A stretch of 41,960 nucleotides of DNA from Promethearchaeota archaeon (GCA_019058245.1 JAHPZJ010000003.1:1-41960), one strand, 5' to 3'. Numbered from the stretch's first letter, positions 10,235-20,292 are shown. Numbers and translations: made by a program. The notes: generated from the sequence alone by a model not told the origin.

Positions 10235-11080
10235 ATGATACAAAAATTTAAAGAAGTAGCGAAAAAAAAAAGTTCTAATATTGGAATTGGGTTAGGAACG
10301 TCTGAAGATCATAATCAAAAAATCTTACAAGCTAGCTTGAATTTTGTACGATTAAATAAAGCGAATGTGTATATTTTTGGTACTTCAAATCAAATAAAGA
10401 ATCTTCATAAACAAACCCCAGAAAATTCTCAAGTAAAATTTATTGAATGTCAAATCCCTGAATATGCAATTTTAACCTCTTTAATTAATAATACAATTCA
10501 ATCTATTGTAAGGGGTTCTATGAGCTCAAATAAATTCTTACATAATCTTAAAAAAGAGTTAAATGTTAAAAAAATTAATAGGTTAGCATTATTGGAAACA
10601 AATTTTGGGCAACAATTCTTCTTTGGACCAGTTGGGATTGATGAATGTAAAAACCTTAAGAACAAAATTCATTTTTTAGACTTAGCGATACAAAAACTAC
10701 TGGAATTTGAATTAATACCAAAAGTTAGTATTTTGAGTGGGGGTAGAATAAGTGATATCGGTAGAGATACTAAAGTTGATAATTCAATTCAGGATGCTGA
10801 TAAAATAGTTGAATTATTAAAACAAAAAATTAAAGATCTGGAGATCTCTCATGATGAGATATTAATCGAAAAAGCGATTGAAAATAAATCAAATTTAATA
10901 CTTGCACCCGATGGTATCTCTGGAAATTTAATTTATCGTACACTAGTTCACTTAGGTGGAGGCAAAGCATATGGGGCAATTTATATGGGACTAGAACATG
11001 CAATAATCGACACTTCTAGAGTAGGGGATTTTACTGAAATACAAGGTGCTTTATTGTTAGCACTTGCTTTATCAAAATGA
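10235..11080 (+). CDS. mtxX: MtxX / methanogenesis marker protein 4-like (phosphotransacetylase-like fold)
   Basis: VRGSMSS, GPVGIDE, LSGGR..DIGR, APDGISGNLIYRTL, IIDTSR motifs recognised from the MtxX family. Confidence 0.78.
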   Translation: MIQKFKEVAKKKSSNIGIGLGTSEDHNQKILQASLNFVRLNKANVYIFGTSNQIKNLHKQTPENSQVKFIECQIPEYAILTSLINNTIQSIVRGSMSSNKFLHNLKKELNVKKINRLALLETNFGQQFFFGPVGIDECKNLKNKIHFLDLAIQKLLEFELIPKVSILSGGRISDIGRDTKVDNSIQDADKIVELLKQKIKDLEISHDEILIEKAIENKSNLILAPDGISGNLIYRTLVHLGGGKAYGAIYMGLEHAIIDTSRVGDFTEIQGALLLALALSK

Positions 11081-11276
11081 CAATTTCATTTTACATCTTA
11101 ATAATCAATAATCTATACTTAAACTATAGATTAAATTATTATGTTAGGAACACTAAAGAATTGATGAGTATTCCTTATTTATTTTAATTAGTTAAAAATA
11201 TCTATTAAAAAAAATATCAATTTTCTCAGAAAAACATATTACTATAGAAAAAAACAAAAAGGAAAAAAAAAGTTAT

Positions 11277-11579
11277 TTAACTTAAAGCTCCGATAAGCGT
11301 CGCAAGAAGTATAACAATTCCTCCAATCCAACACCCAAAGATAATTAATAAAATTCCAAGTACTCCTAAAATAGTGGGAGTATAATGTATTGGTTTTATT
11401 CCTAATAGAATAACAATAATTGCAAGAATTACAGCAATAATATCAATATATAATCCAAAACTCCAAAATCTAAAAATACCTATCAACTGTATTATTGATT
11501 CTATCAGGGCAATTACCCCGCCAATTATTGCTACAACACACATTAATTTATCTGATGCTTGCAACTTGCTCCATACCAT
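11277..11579 (-). CDS. small membrane protein (3-4 TM)
   Basis: Hydrophobic ORF; ATG 11579 is preceded by an AGGTGA Shine-Dalgarno. Confidence 0.7.
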   Translation of the reverse strand: MVWSKLQASDKLMCVVAIIGGVIALIESIIQLIGIFRFWSFGLYIDIIAVILAIIVILLGIKPIHYTPTILGVLGILLIIFGCWIGGIVILLATLIGALS

Positions 11580-11723
11580 TTGATTCACCTTTCTTATTTT
11601 TATGATTTTTTTTATCAAAAAATAGAATAGAACAATTTATAAATTTTAACTAAAAATAACAAGATTACATTAATAAATAGAAGAATAGTATTCCTATTTC
11701 TAATTATTTTCAATAAAAAGAAA

Positions 11724-11948
11724 TTATGAATATTTTTCAATAATATAATTTTGTAAGGAACACACATATTTTTCAAGATTTAATATGAGAATTCTCTGTT
11801 CTACTTCACGAAGATATGACACATCTAAAAAATTGAATAACTCTTTTAATCTATTAATATTATCAAATAATTCTACGATTATTTTCCAATCATGCGCCCA
11901 TTCATAATCTTGAAATTCTTCCATTTGGATAATTTTTATCATCTCCAT
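11724..11948 (-). CDS. small hypothetical helical protein
   Basis: 74-aa ORF with protein-like composition. Confidence 0.55.
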   Translation of the reverse strand: MEMIKIIQMEEFQDYEWAHDWKIIVELFDNINRLKELFNFLDVSYLREVEQRILILNLEKYVCSLQNYIIEKYS

Positions 11949-12334
11949 TCCTAGTTATTTTGAGTTATGTATAATAATTCATTTTAAAAAATATTGAGAT
12001 ACTCAAGGAAAAGTAATTTCTATTATTTATGAATTGTTGGAAAAATTATCTTTCAAAAATTTTCTGTACCTACTAAATAAAAATCCATCTATTTTTCAAA
12101 AATAAAAGAGTAATATCATTATTATTTAAGGGAAGAAGGGAGGTTTTATTCCCCAAGATCTTAGGTTATCACTAAGATATTAAACGAACACTTCGATCTT
12201 CTTAAGAAGAAGATTTATACTGATTAAAAACCTATATGAATTAGTAGTTATTTATTAAAATTAAATTAAATAATGAACATAAAAAACATTAGTATAAATA
12301 TATTATAAAATCTCTTCTGTCATTAAAATATTAT

Positions 12335-13804
12335 TTGCTTATGCTTCCATCACAATTTCAAAATCTTATCAAGACATTACAATCAGGAAAGATCTCAGAT
12401 TTTGTAAGTCTAGTCAAAAAATTTACTGAAAAGAGAAGCTCTTATATAATTGATTCAGAAAATTATGATAAATTCAGAAATCTTCTCAAAAAAACTTATT
12501 ATGCTACGCTCTCGGAATTCTTGACGAATATGCGATTTGATGAGTTTAGTAAGTTATTTAATATTTCTGATAAGATAGGAATCTTTATTGATGTCGCTAA
12601 TATCGATGTTATAGGGATTATTAGTAAATTACATGTAGATGGTATAAAAATTGGAAATACAGGTAGAATTATTGAACTCGTTAGGTTTTTTAATAAATAC
12701 AACTTATTAGAGAGGAATTTAACAGCAGAGGAATTAGAAATAGTTCAAGAAATAAAAGAGAATGACAAACTACTTATTGAAACTTTAAAGGATCTATTTG
12801 GAAATGTTACGGATTCGTTAATATTTTATGTCTGTAAAATTATGCCACACGATTATATAGTATGGCTACGGGATCGAGATTTTGTAGTCGATCCCAATTT
12901 TTTAAAAAATTGGACTGATAATTTCTCCATATATGGTTTAAGTGTTAGGAATTTAGGAAGAGTAGAAGATTTTATAAAAAAGGTGGAAACTACGCAAAAC
13001 TCTGGAAATTTAGATAAGGCGTTCTTAACCTTAAGATTTAATCCTCGCTACATTATTAGCTATGAGAGCCAACATATTTTACGTGAATATCATGAAATAC
13101 ATCTTGTTTACCCTGAGAATATAAAAAAAAATAAAGAAAAAATCCTCGATAAAGATAATTATAATTTTTATAGTCTATCAATGGTGATTTTCGGGGGATT
13201 AGGACCAGAAGGTTTTGGTTTTACTTATTCTACTCCTAAAGGAGAAGTTATAGAAATATGTTCCGATCAAAAAGAAACAGAAGCTATCATAATTAAGTTC
13301 AAACAATACCTAAAGAGAAAATTTTTAGATAAACTTGAAAAAGAAATGGAAAGTTTAAAAATAAATATTGACATTAGAAGAAAAGTAATTAATTATTTAT
13401 CAGATATTATTAATCCCAAAGAATTAATTAGTTATACTAACAAAAATTCAATTTTAAGAAAAATAAGAGATTTCTTGTTTCAGTTTGATGAATTTCAGAA
13501 GATACAAGAATCTGGACTTGAAGATATCCTCCTAAATATTTCTATTGCAATTTCAATCATACTTAAAAGTGTTAAACTTAAAGATCAATTCATGACTCGG
13601 ATGGAGTTAGTAGCTGATAATAAATTAAAATCTGAAGATTTAGCAAAACTCACGAGCTTAAAAGGAAAATCCCATTATGACGTTTTAAGGGAAAGGATTT
13701 TTCTCCAAAATAAACCAAAATGGTTTTTCAAAGACTATCCTGAAGAAATAAAAGAATTTGAAAATGAATATAATAAATTAGCTGGAAGAAGATGGAGATG
13801 GTAA
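12335..13804 (+). CDS. hypothetical protein
   Basis: 489-aa ORF with a conserved-looking core GGLGPEGFGFTYSTPKGEVIEICSD; family not recognised; start may be ATG 12341. Confidence 0.75.
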   Translation: MLMLPSQFQNLIKTLQSGKISDFVSLVKKFTEKRSSYIIDSENYDKFRNLLKKTYYATLSEFLTNMRFDEFSKLFNISDKIGIFIDVANIDVIGIISKLHVDGIKIGNTGRIIELVRFFNKYNLLERNLTAEELEIVQEIKENDKLLIETLKDLFGNVTDSLIFYVCKIMPHDYIVWLRDRDFVVDPNFLKNWTDNFSIYGLSVRNLGRVEDFIKKVETTQNSGNLDKAFLTLRFNPRYIISYESQHILREYHEIHLVYPENIKKNKEKILDKDNYNFYSLSMVIFGGLGPEGFGFTYSTPKGEVIEICSDQKETEAIIIKFKQYLKRKFLDKLEKEMESLKINIDIRRKVINYLSDIINPKELISYTNKNSILRKIRDFLFQFDEFQKIQESGLEDILLNISIAISIILKSVKLKDQFMTRMELVADNKLKSEDLAKLTSLKGKSHYDVLRERIFLQNKPKWFFKDYPEEIKEFENEYNKLAGRRWRW

Positions 13805-13914
13805 ATTAAGATCTTTAATAATACTTTTCTACTAATTGTTTTTTTAAAATTGTTCTAATCAAGTGAAAGAACTTGAAATTAAATTGTTCAATTTTTTAAA
13901 CGTTTAAAGAAAAA

Positions 13915-14018
13915 TGGGAGAGGGGGGAATTGAACCCCCGACCACTTGGCCCCCAGCCAAATTAACTTGATTATTTAAATACTAATTAATGTATCATACC
14001 AAGCTAGACTACCCTCCC
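13915..14018 (-). tRNA. tRNA-Pro(GGG) with a BHB intron at 27/28 (13961-13990)
   Basis: Spliced: GGGAGGG TA GTCT AGCTTGGTA TGAT A CTTGG CTGGGGG CCAAG TGGTC GGGGG TTCAATT CCCCC CTCTCCC A, followed by oligo-T. Confidence 0.92.
13961..13990 (-). other. 30-nt tRNA intron at 27/28 (anticodon stem)
   Basis: Central helix TGAT/GTTA (two G-U pairs), bulges AC^A and AT^T, inner stem TT-ATTA/TAAT-AA; removal restores the stem CTTGG/CCAAG. Confidence 0.82.
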
Positions 14019-14177
14019 ACTTAAGCAAGGGTTCAGTATATTATGTAAAGTATAGTGAAAACTGGTAATTAAATCTTTTTTGTTTCAATTCCTTAAACTT
14101 TAACCAATAATTTTTAAATTCTTTTAAGAGTTTTCTATATTAACTTTTAAATTATATTTATATACATTTCTAAAAAT

Positions 14178-14474
14178 TTGCGTTCCAGAAAACCATTTGT
14201 AATCTTTTGGCCTCAATATTTTGAAGTAAAAAGGAGTCGTAGTGATGGTAGACGAATTCCTAAGAAATTTGCTTCAGAAAAAGTTAGTTTAGAAGATATC
14301 TCCAAATCAGCACAGAATTTAGGTTATAATACACAGATTGAAAGAGGTTATAAATATTCTAGAACATGGTGGGATAATGCGGGAAGAGTATTAATAGATA
14401 TAAAGGGTAAAAAGAAAAATAGAGTAATGCTGGAAGTAGCGAAGGAAATTAGAAAAATACATACAGAAGGATAG
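14178..14474 (+). CDS. srp19: signal recognition particle 19 kDa protein
   Basis: VIFWPQYFE..RSRSDGRRIPK..YSRTWW..GRVLID; TTG start. Confidence 0.92.
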   Translation: MRSRKPFVIFWPQYFEVKRSRSDGRRIPKKFASEKVSLEDISKSAQNLGYNTQIERGYKYSRTWWDNAGRVLIDIKGKKKNRVMLEVAKEIRKIHTEG

Positions 14475-14484
14475 TATCGCTATT

Positions 14485-14856
14485 ATGCATGAGTTTTCCT
14501 TTGCCCTTGATATTTTTAAAGTTGCTGAAGCTACAGCACTTAAATATAATGCTAAAAGAATAACCGAAGTTTTACTTGAAATTGGGGAATTAACACTTAT
14601 AGTTCCTGAACTCCTTCAACGCTCTTTTGAAATGGCTACGAAAGGGACAATAGCAGAGGGGGCTAGATTAACAATTACAATAACACCTGGAAAAGTAAAA
14701 TGTCGAGATTGTAATAAAATTTCGGAGGTATCTATAACTCGAGAAGCACAATTAACTGGGCTTCAACTTTTTAAATGCTCTCATTGTGATAGTAATAATA
14801 CTGAAATTGTTGAAGGTAAAAAAGCAAATGTAAAAAATATCAAAATTCAAGAATAA
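14485..14856 (+). CDS. hypA: hydrogenase maturation nickel metallochaperone HypA
   Basis: MHE N-terminus, IGELT, CRDC..CSHC. Confidence 0.95.
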   Translation: MHEFSFALDIFKVAEATALKYNAKRITEVLLEIGELTLIVPELLQRSFEMATKGTIAEGARLTITITPGKVKCRDCNKISEVSITREAQLTGLQLFKCSHCDSNNTEIVEGKKANVKNIKIQE

Positions 14857-14921
14857 GTTAATTAAAGTTGTTGAAATCTTAGAAATTAAGGGAACTTTTC
14901 AGATCTTTTCACTTTTAAAAT

Positions 14922-15299
14922 TTATACTAAAATGGCATTTAGCAATCCATGCTGTCCAGGTCTACTCGTTATTTTTGCATTCCCTAATTCGGTCTCAACA
15001 ATCGCTCCTTTTGTTAGTACATGTCTTCGATTCAAATCTTTAGAAGCATCGTTGCTTTCAAATCGTAAAATTCTAACTTTTTTTGTTTTATTTGTATTTG
15101 GATCTGTTACATTGATAAATTGAGACGCAAATAGCCTAATTTTGAAATTTCCTCCCATAGTACGTTGTTTTTTCTTTTTTTCTTGCCCTATTTCTGTGTC
15201 TATCCTAGGACGTTCCAACTCTCTTTTTCTTTTCTTTCTAAAATATTTATATTTCTTCCCTGTATATTTTCGCTTACTTCTTACTTGAGACCTTGCCAT
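14922..15299 (-). CDS. rps8e: 30S ribosomal protein S8e
   Basis: RSKRKYTG, RTMGGNFK, LTKGAIVETELG, TSRPGQHG. Confidence 0.97.
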   Translation of the reverse strand: MARSQVRSKRKYTGKKYKYFRKKRKRELERPRIDTEIGQEKKKKQRTMGGNFKIRLFASQFINVTDPNTNKTKKVRILRFESNDASKDLNRRHVLTKGAIVETELGNAKITSRPGQHGLLNAILV

Positions 15300-15487
15300 G
15301 AAATACTTACCAAATTTAAACCGATTGAATATTTAAAATAAGGAAGGATATCTTTAAAATTTTTTTAAAAATCCCCCTTAATTATGATTTATTAAGGTAA
15401 AATAAATATAGTACAAATTTTTATTTATTATATATTATATATCATTAATCTAGTTATTCAATATAATCATATCTAATTCTTAGGAAA

Positions 15488-16129
15488 ATGATGGAAAATA
15501 ATTTTCATAAAAAACCATTGGATCATGAACAATATGAGAAGATGCTTCAAACAGGAACAACAACCATTGGTATTATGATAAAGGATGGAGTTGTTATAGC
15601 CACTGATTCACAAGCAACTGCAGGAACCTTCGTGGCATCTAAACAAGCTCAGAAATTATTTGAAATTAATAAATATACTGCAGCTACCATCGCAGGAGGA
15701 GTTGCGGATTGTCAGTACGTCATAAATCAAATTCAAGCTTTATCTCGTTTAAAAGAAATTGAAGAAGGAGAAGTAGCTGAGCCAAAATATGTAGCTAGCC
15801 TTTGCAGAAATATATTATTTAGTGGTAGAAGCTATTTTGTAAGTTTGATGATTGTAGGTGGTTATTCAGTAAAACAAAAGGATGGCATCCTATATGGGAT
15901 CGATCTTCTAGGTACGTTGTATGAAGAGGATAGCTATTTATCTTTCGGTTCTGGTAGTCCATTTAGTCTTGGAGTGCTAGAGGCGGATTGGAAACCTAAT
16001 TTAACGAAAGCAAAGGGTATTGAATTAGTAAAAACAGCGATAACTAGTTCAAAAGAAAGAGATGCGGGTTCAGGTTATGAACTACAAATTTGCACTATAG
16101 ATAAGAATGGTTTTAAGCAAGTTGAATAA
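15488..16129 (+). CDS. psmB: proteasome subunit beta
   Basis: Propeptide followed by TG|TTTIG, ATDSQAT, GSGS, RDAGSG. Confidence 0.95.
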   Translation: MMENNFHKKPLDHEQYEKMLQTGTTTIGIMIKDGVVIATDSQATAGTFVASKQAQKLFEINKYTAATIAGGVADCQYVINQIQALSRLKEIEEGEVAEPKYVASLCRNILFSGRSYFVSLMIVGGYSVKQKDGILYGIDLLGTLYEEDSYLSFGSGSPFSLGVLEADWKPNLTKAKGIELVKTAITSSKERDAGSGYELQICTIDKNGFKQVE

Positions 16130-16277
16130 TCGTTTTTATTAAGAACTAAAATTTTCTAACTTGTCTCTTTTGTTTTGTTTCTTTTTTAGTAATGTATTAC
16201 TATAAAAACTAAAGAAACAATCCCAACTAATAAAAATATTAAATTCTTGTCATAGGTATTTTCTCTGTAAAAATAGA

Positions 16278-16628
16278 TTAGTTATGTTGAATTAATGCTA
16301 TCTTGGCTCCATTTGGATCTTCTAAGAAAGCAAGGGTCCCAACCGTTATTGGTATAGGGTCCATGGTGATTTTGGCACCTTTAGATTTGAGTTCTTTCAC
16401 TGTGGTGTTTAAGTCTTTAACTTCGATTCCCACCGAAAACAGACCAATTTCACTTTCAGTATTTTTTATAAGTTCTATCATAGCATCCCCTTGACCTTTC
16501 AATAATGTAATTATCACTCCAGGCAGGGGGGTATATTGGCTATCTACTTCAAAATCCATAATTTCAGTATAAAATTTGATGGATTTTTCCATATTCTCAA
16601 CAATTATGGTAGCATATTTAACTTTCAT
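16278..16628 (-). CDS. VOC/glyoxalase family protein
   Basis: [34 protein letters not shown]. Confidence 0.9.
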   Translation of the reverse strand: MKVKYATIIVENMEKSIKFYTEIMDFEVDSQYTPLPGVIITLLKGQGDAMIELIKNTESEIGLFSVGIEVKDLNTTVKELKSKGAKITMDPIPITVGTLAFLEDPNGAKIALIQHN

Positions 16629-16669
16629 ATTTTATCTCAACCACTAATTATAATTCATCAATAATCAAA

Positions 16670-17155
16670 TTATTTTTCTAAAATTTGAATTTGTTTAAGC
16701 TCATTAAAAATATAAATAAATCCATTTAATTTTTCACTATTAGCATTCATAATAGTCCAAATTAGATGTTTAAATTTAGATACACCACTTTTATAATAAC
16801 CTTCCATATATGGAATATCTATTCCACTAGGGTACGCACTTCCTGGATGAGAATGAAATATGCTAATAAGTTGATAATTGTATTCTTTAGAATAAGTACT
16901 CGAAATTTCTATTAATTTATTATAATCATCCATTAAAAATGCGATTGGACTTTTATGGCTAGATTCAATACACTCGAATTTAATACCATAAAAATGATAA
17001 AAAAATTCATCTTTACTATTGGATTTTTTTTGCTCCTCAATCTTCCCAAAAATCAAACCACAAGCCTCATTAGGCTTAGCTTTCATAACACATAGTTTAA
17101 TATCTTCTAAAACTTCAACATTTACGAAGAGAATTATATCTTTTTCAATTTGCAA
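16670..17155 (-). CDS. JAMM/MPN+ (Mov34) metallo-isopeptidase
   Basis: PNEACGLIFG and HSHP..PSGID (E..HxH..SxxD); TTG start with a GGGGG Shine-Dalgarno. Confidence 0.9.
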   Translation of the reverse strand: MQIEKDIILFVNVEVLEDIKLCVMKAKPNEACGLIFGKIEEQKKSNSKDEFFYHFYGIKFECIESSHKSPIAFLMDDYNKLIEISSTYSKEYNYQLISIFHSHPGSAYPSGIDIPYMEGYYKSGVSKFKHLIWTIMNANSEKLNGFIYIFNELKQIQILEK

Positions 17156-17171
17156 ATATCTAACCCCCTAA

Positions 17172-17858
17172 TTAAACTATCGTTAAAGCTGCATTCAGAG
17201 CCGCTAATCTTGCTTTTTCAGCATTCTCACCTAACCCTATTATCACAACATCGTTTTCCTCTAATTGTATATTATTTTTAGTAAAAAGAGTATCAATGTA
17301 ATTAAAAGTAGTATCTTCAACTTTCATTGGTTCTTTCCCTTTTTCAGAAAGTGAAGTCTGAGGAAAAATTAAATTTTCACCGTTATAAATTAAGCACGTG
17401 GCTCCTTCACCACCTATTTTAATTGCAGCATCTCTTTGTTCAATTCCATTAGAAATCTTATCTGCTGCCTTTTTTACTAAGCAAAAATATGGATAATTTC
17501 CATCAGGCCTAATAACAATCTCTTTTAATTCAATCGGATTTCCAGCTTCTATTAAAGGGATTTTTACTTTAATTTTTTTTAAAAAAGTCATACCTTCCTT
17601 AGTAAGAATATGACCTTTTCTCTTATTTTCATTAGTCAATACAATAATAAAGTTAATATCTTTGTTTAATTTCTTAATAAGCGATCTAGCTGTTCCAGAA
17701 CCAATTAATAATTCGTTTTGTAAGCGATACCTTCCAATACCGTCTTTATTTTCTTCAAATATAAATAATGCTAAAATAACATGAACTTTCTCAAATGAGG
17801 GCTTGATCGTAGGACTCTTAAACAAAGTATCTAATTCTTCAAACATTAATACATTCAA
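17172..17858 (-). CDS. winged-helix + DUF4443-like protein
   Basis: IGRYRLQNELLIGSGTARSLI wHTH; GIEQRDAAIKIGGEGATCLIY; real start may be a few codons downstream. Confidence 0.75.
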   Translation of the reverse strand: MNVLMFEELDTLFKSPTIKPSFEKVHVILALFIFEENKDGIGRYRLQNELLIGSGTARSLIKKLNKDINFIIVLTNENKRKGHILTKEGMTFLKKIKVKIPLIEAGNPIELKEIVIRPDGNYPYFCLVKKAADKISNGIEQRDAAIKIGGEGATCLIYNGENLIFPQTSLSEKGKEPMKVEDTTFNYIDTLFTKNNIQLEENDVVIIGLGENAEKARLAALNAALTIV

Positions 17859-17979
17859 GTAAATTTAATTAATATAAATAAGTTAAAAAAAAATTTAAAT
17901 CAGAATGTAATTTTATTAAATATCTAGATTTTGAAAATTCAACTTGACCTATCATAATTATACATTTAACTCTAATAAT

Positions 17980-18973
17980 ATGCCTAAAAAAAAAAAAGAA
18001 CGTAATCCTAACAAAACTCAAAATTTAGTTATTTTTAAAGAACAAGAAGAGCCTCCAAAGAAAACAATAAATAAATATACCTTTGAGGAAGTTGATCAAG
18101 AGTATAAAATTAAATGTAAATGTGTTTATGCTCCTTTTGGAAGTCATTTTCGATATTCAATTCTTATTGATAATCAAAGTCATGCTCCAATTACTGAATT
18201 GAACATTAAAATACGGTATCCTGAATTTTTAACTCTTACTAGAGCTTTTCCACCTACAATTAGAATTCCACAAGTTATAACTGAAAAAAAAAAAAAAAAA
18301 TCAAATAAACTTAGAATTTGATGAGTTAAATGAAAAAAGTAATAAACAAATTCATCTTCATTTTAGCCCTAATTCATTGGATAGAAAAGGAGATATAAGA
18401 ACTATCGTTACCTACGTAAACAATAAGGATACTATTAGAGTGTTAGATTCAGGACCAGCCCAAATAATAGTTGATAAAATCGTTTTAGAACCAAAAATAG
18501 TTCCATCAAGTTATATAAGCGAATTTTCGAATCAACCTGGAATTAAGAAAGTAATTAAGAGTATGGGTATAGCTATTGAACATCAAGTACATTCTGAAAT
18601 AATTTTTGATATTCTAGAAAACCTATTTTTACTTCATAATTTCCAACTAGTGACTAAGGATGTTAAAAAAAAAATTTTATGGTATTTTGGAACCGAATCC
18701 TTAATTAAAGAAGATATTTTAGCAATAGGTCAAATTGTGTCAAATAAAATAGAAATAATAGCGTCTTCACTAAATCATTATCTACTAATTTCATTTTTAA
18801 CACAATTCTCAAATAATTTTAAACAACATTTAGTAGTAAATGGAATTATAAGTTCTAAAGAAAAAGTTCTTGATTTAGAATGTAAAAATTGTGGTGCAAT
18901 TTTATCTTTTTTTCCGCAGAAAAGCGAAAGGATAGAATGTCAAAAATGTAATTATGAACAAACTATTTGGTAA
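17980..18973 (+). CDS. coatomer/adaptin appendage-like protein (Ig-like + platform) with C-terminal zinc ribbon, frameshifted at A17 (18284-18300)
   Basis: The +1 frame is open from the A-tract (NQINLEFDELNEKSNKQIHLHFSP) into ORF 18377-18973; deleting one A gives a single ~330-aa ORF; CKNC..CQKC at the end. Confidence 0.7.
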
Positions 18974-19039
18974 TAATTCAAAAACATAATTTTCTACTAT
19001 ATTATAATAATTTTTAAAAAAGTTGATTATAAAAAGAAA

Positions 19040-19483
19040 ATGGAATATAAGGATATATTAAGTAAACTAGCTCCATGTGGGCTGAACTGCTATAAATGTT
19101 TTGCTAACTCTGAGGGTGCAATAAGAGAGACTAGTATAAATCTTCAGAATTTATTAGGATCATTTGATATATATGCTGAAAGATTTTCATCATTTCTTCC
19201 TATTTTCAGACAATATCCTTCTTTTAAAGTCTTACTTAATTATTTAACTAAAGAGAACTGCTTAGGATGTAGGAATGGTTCTTGTTTATTTCCCAACTGT
19301 GGAGTAAAAGATTGTTATAGAAATAAAAAGATTGATTTTTGCTTTCAATGTAATGAATTTCCTTGTGAGAAAACTAATTTTGATTCCCATCTTAAACAAA
19401 GATGGATTAAAATAAATAAAAGAATGAAAGAAATTGGTATTAAAGCATACTATAAAGAAACAAAAAATTTACCAAGATATTAA
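19040..19483 (+). CDS. DUF3795-like Cys-rich protein
   Basis: APCGLNCYKC..CLGCR..CGVKDC..FCFQCNEFPC. Confidence 0.85.
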   Translation: MEYKDILSKLAPCGLNCYKCFANSEGAIRETSINLQNLLGSFDIYAERFSSFLPIFRQYPSFKVLLNYLTKENCLGCRNGSCLFPNCGVKDCYRNKKIDFCFQCNEFPCEKTNFDSHLKQRWIKINKRMKEIGIKAYYKETKNLPRY

Positions 19484-20009
19484 TTATATTTTAAGAGTTG
19501 AACATTAATAATTAAATCGGAATTTTCTTTTTATTTAAATAAATTTAAGATAAACTATATAATTATCTTTTCCTCTTATTTATTATTGATCCAGTTTAAA
19601 TTATTAAACTAAAAGACTCTAGAATCCCATTCTTTTAAAAAAACTCATATAATATAATTTTAAAAATTTATATATATAGCATTTCAGAATTTGATTATTT
19701 TTTCCCTATCATTTTCAAATTCGATTATTCCAAGAGTTAAGCAAATTTAAGACTATCATTTAGTTAAAAGACACTCAAATTTCATTACAAATCAAGTTAC
19801 CATAAAATTATCTAAACTTCAACGAGATTGATCGTCTTCTTAAGTCTGAATTTTGTCGTTCAATTTTTTTTGTTTTTTTCTCCATAAAGTTAAGTATAGA
19901 TAAAAATCTTTAAATATATAAAAGATATATATCTATATAACAAACTCTTAAAAAATAACAAATTTCAATAAAAAAAATAAAAAATTCTAAAATAGTGGAG
20001 GAATATAAA

Positions 20010-20219
20010 ATGTCCGAATATATTAGTTGGAGTCCTATTAGAAGATTAATGAAACATAATGGTGCTATTATTGTTGCTCGTGATGCAGTTGATGAATTAG
20101 TTGATTGGATGGGTCAATCAGCCGAAAAAATTACAAAAACTGCTTTAACTCTCACGAAACATTCAAAAAGGAAGAAGGTAACAAAGGACGACATTCTTTT
20201 AGCTATAAAATACTTTTAA
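20010..20219 (+). CDS. archaeal histone (HMf-like histone fold)
   Basis: PIRRLMK..GA..VARDAV..HSKRKKVTKDDILLA; GGAGG Shine-Dalgarno before ATG 20010. Confidence 0.93.
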   Translation: MSEYISWSPIRRLMKHNGAIIVARDAVDELVDWMGQSAEKITKTALTLTKHSKRKKVTKDDILLAIKYF

Positions 20220-20257
20220 ATAGATTTAAACGGTTGAGAAGCTTTTCTTATTATCTA

Positions 20258-20270
20258 CTCTTTTTTTTTC
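20258..20270 (+). terminator. oligo-T terminator after the histone gene
   Basis: T9 run about 40 nt after the stop, between convergent genes. Confidence 0.4.
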
Positions 20271-20292
20271 TATTTTAATCCCTAATTTTAGT

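Noticed and set aside
11724-13914. Integrated element at the 3' end of tRNA-Pro
   Set aside because: No integrase and no duplicated tRNA 3' end (att site) found by eye
14019-14177. SRP RNA next to srp19
   Set aside because: The region is too short and AT-rich, with no SRP helix 6/8 motifs
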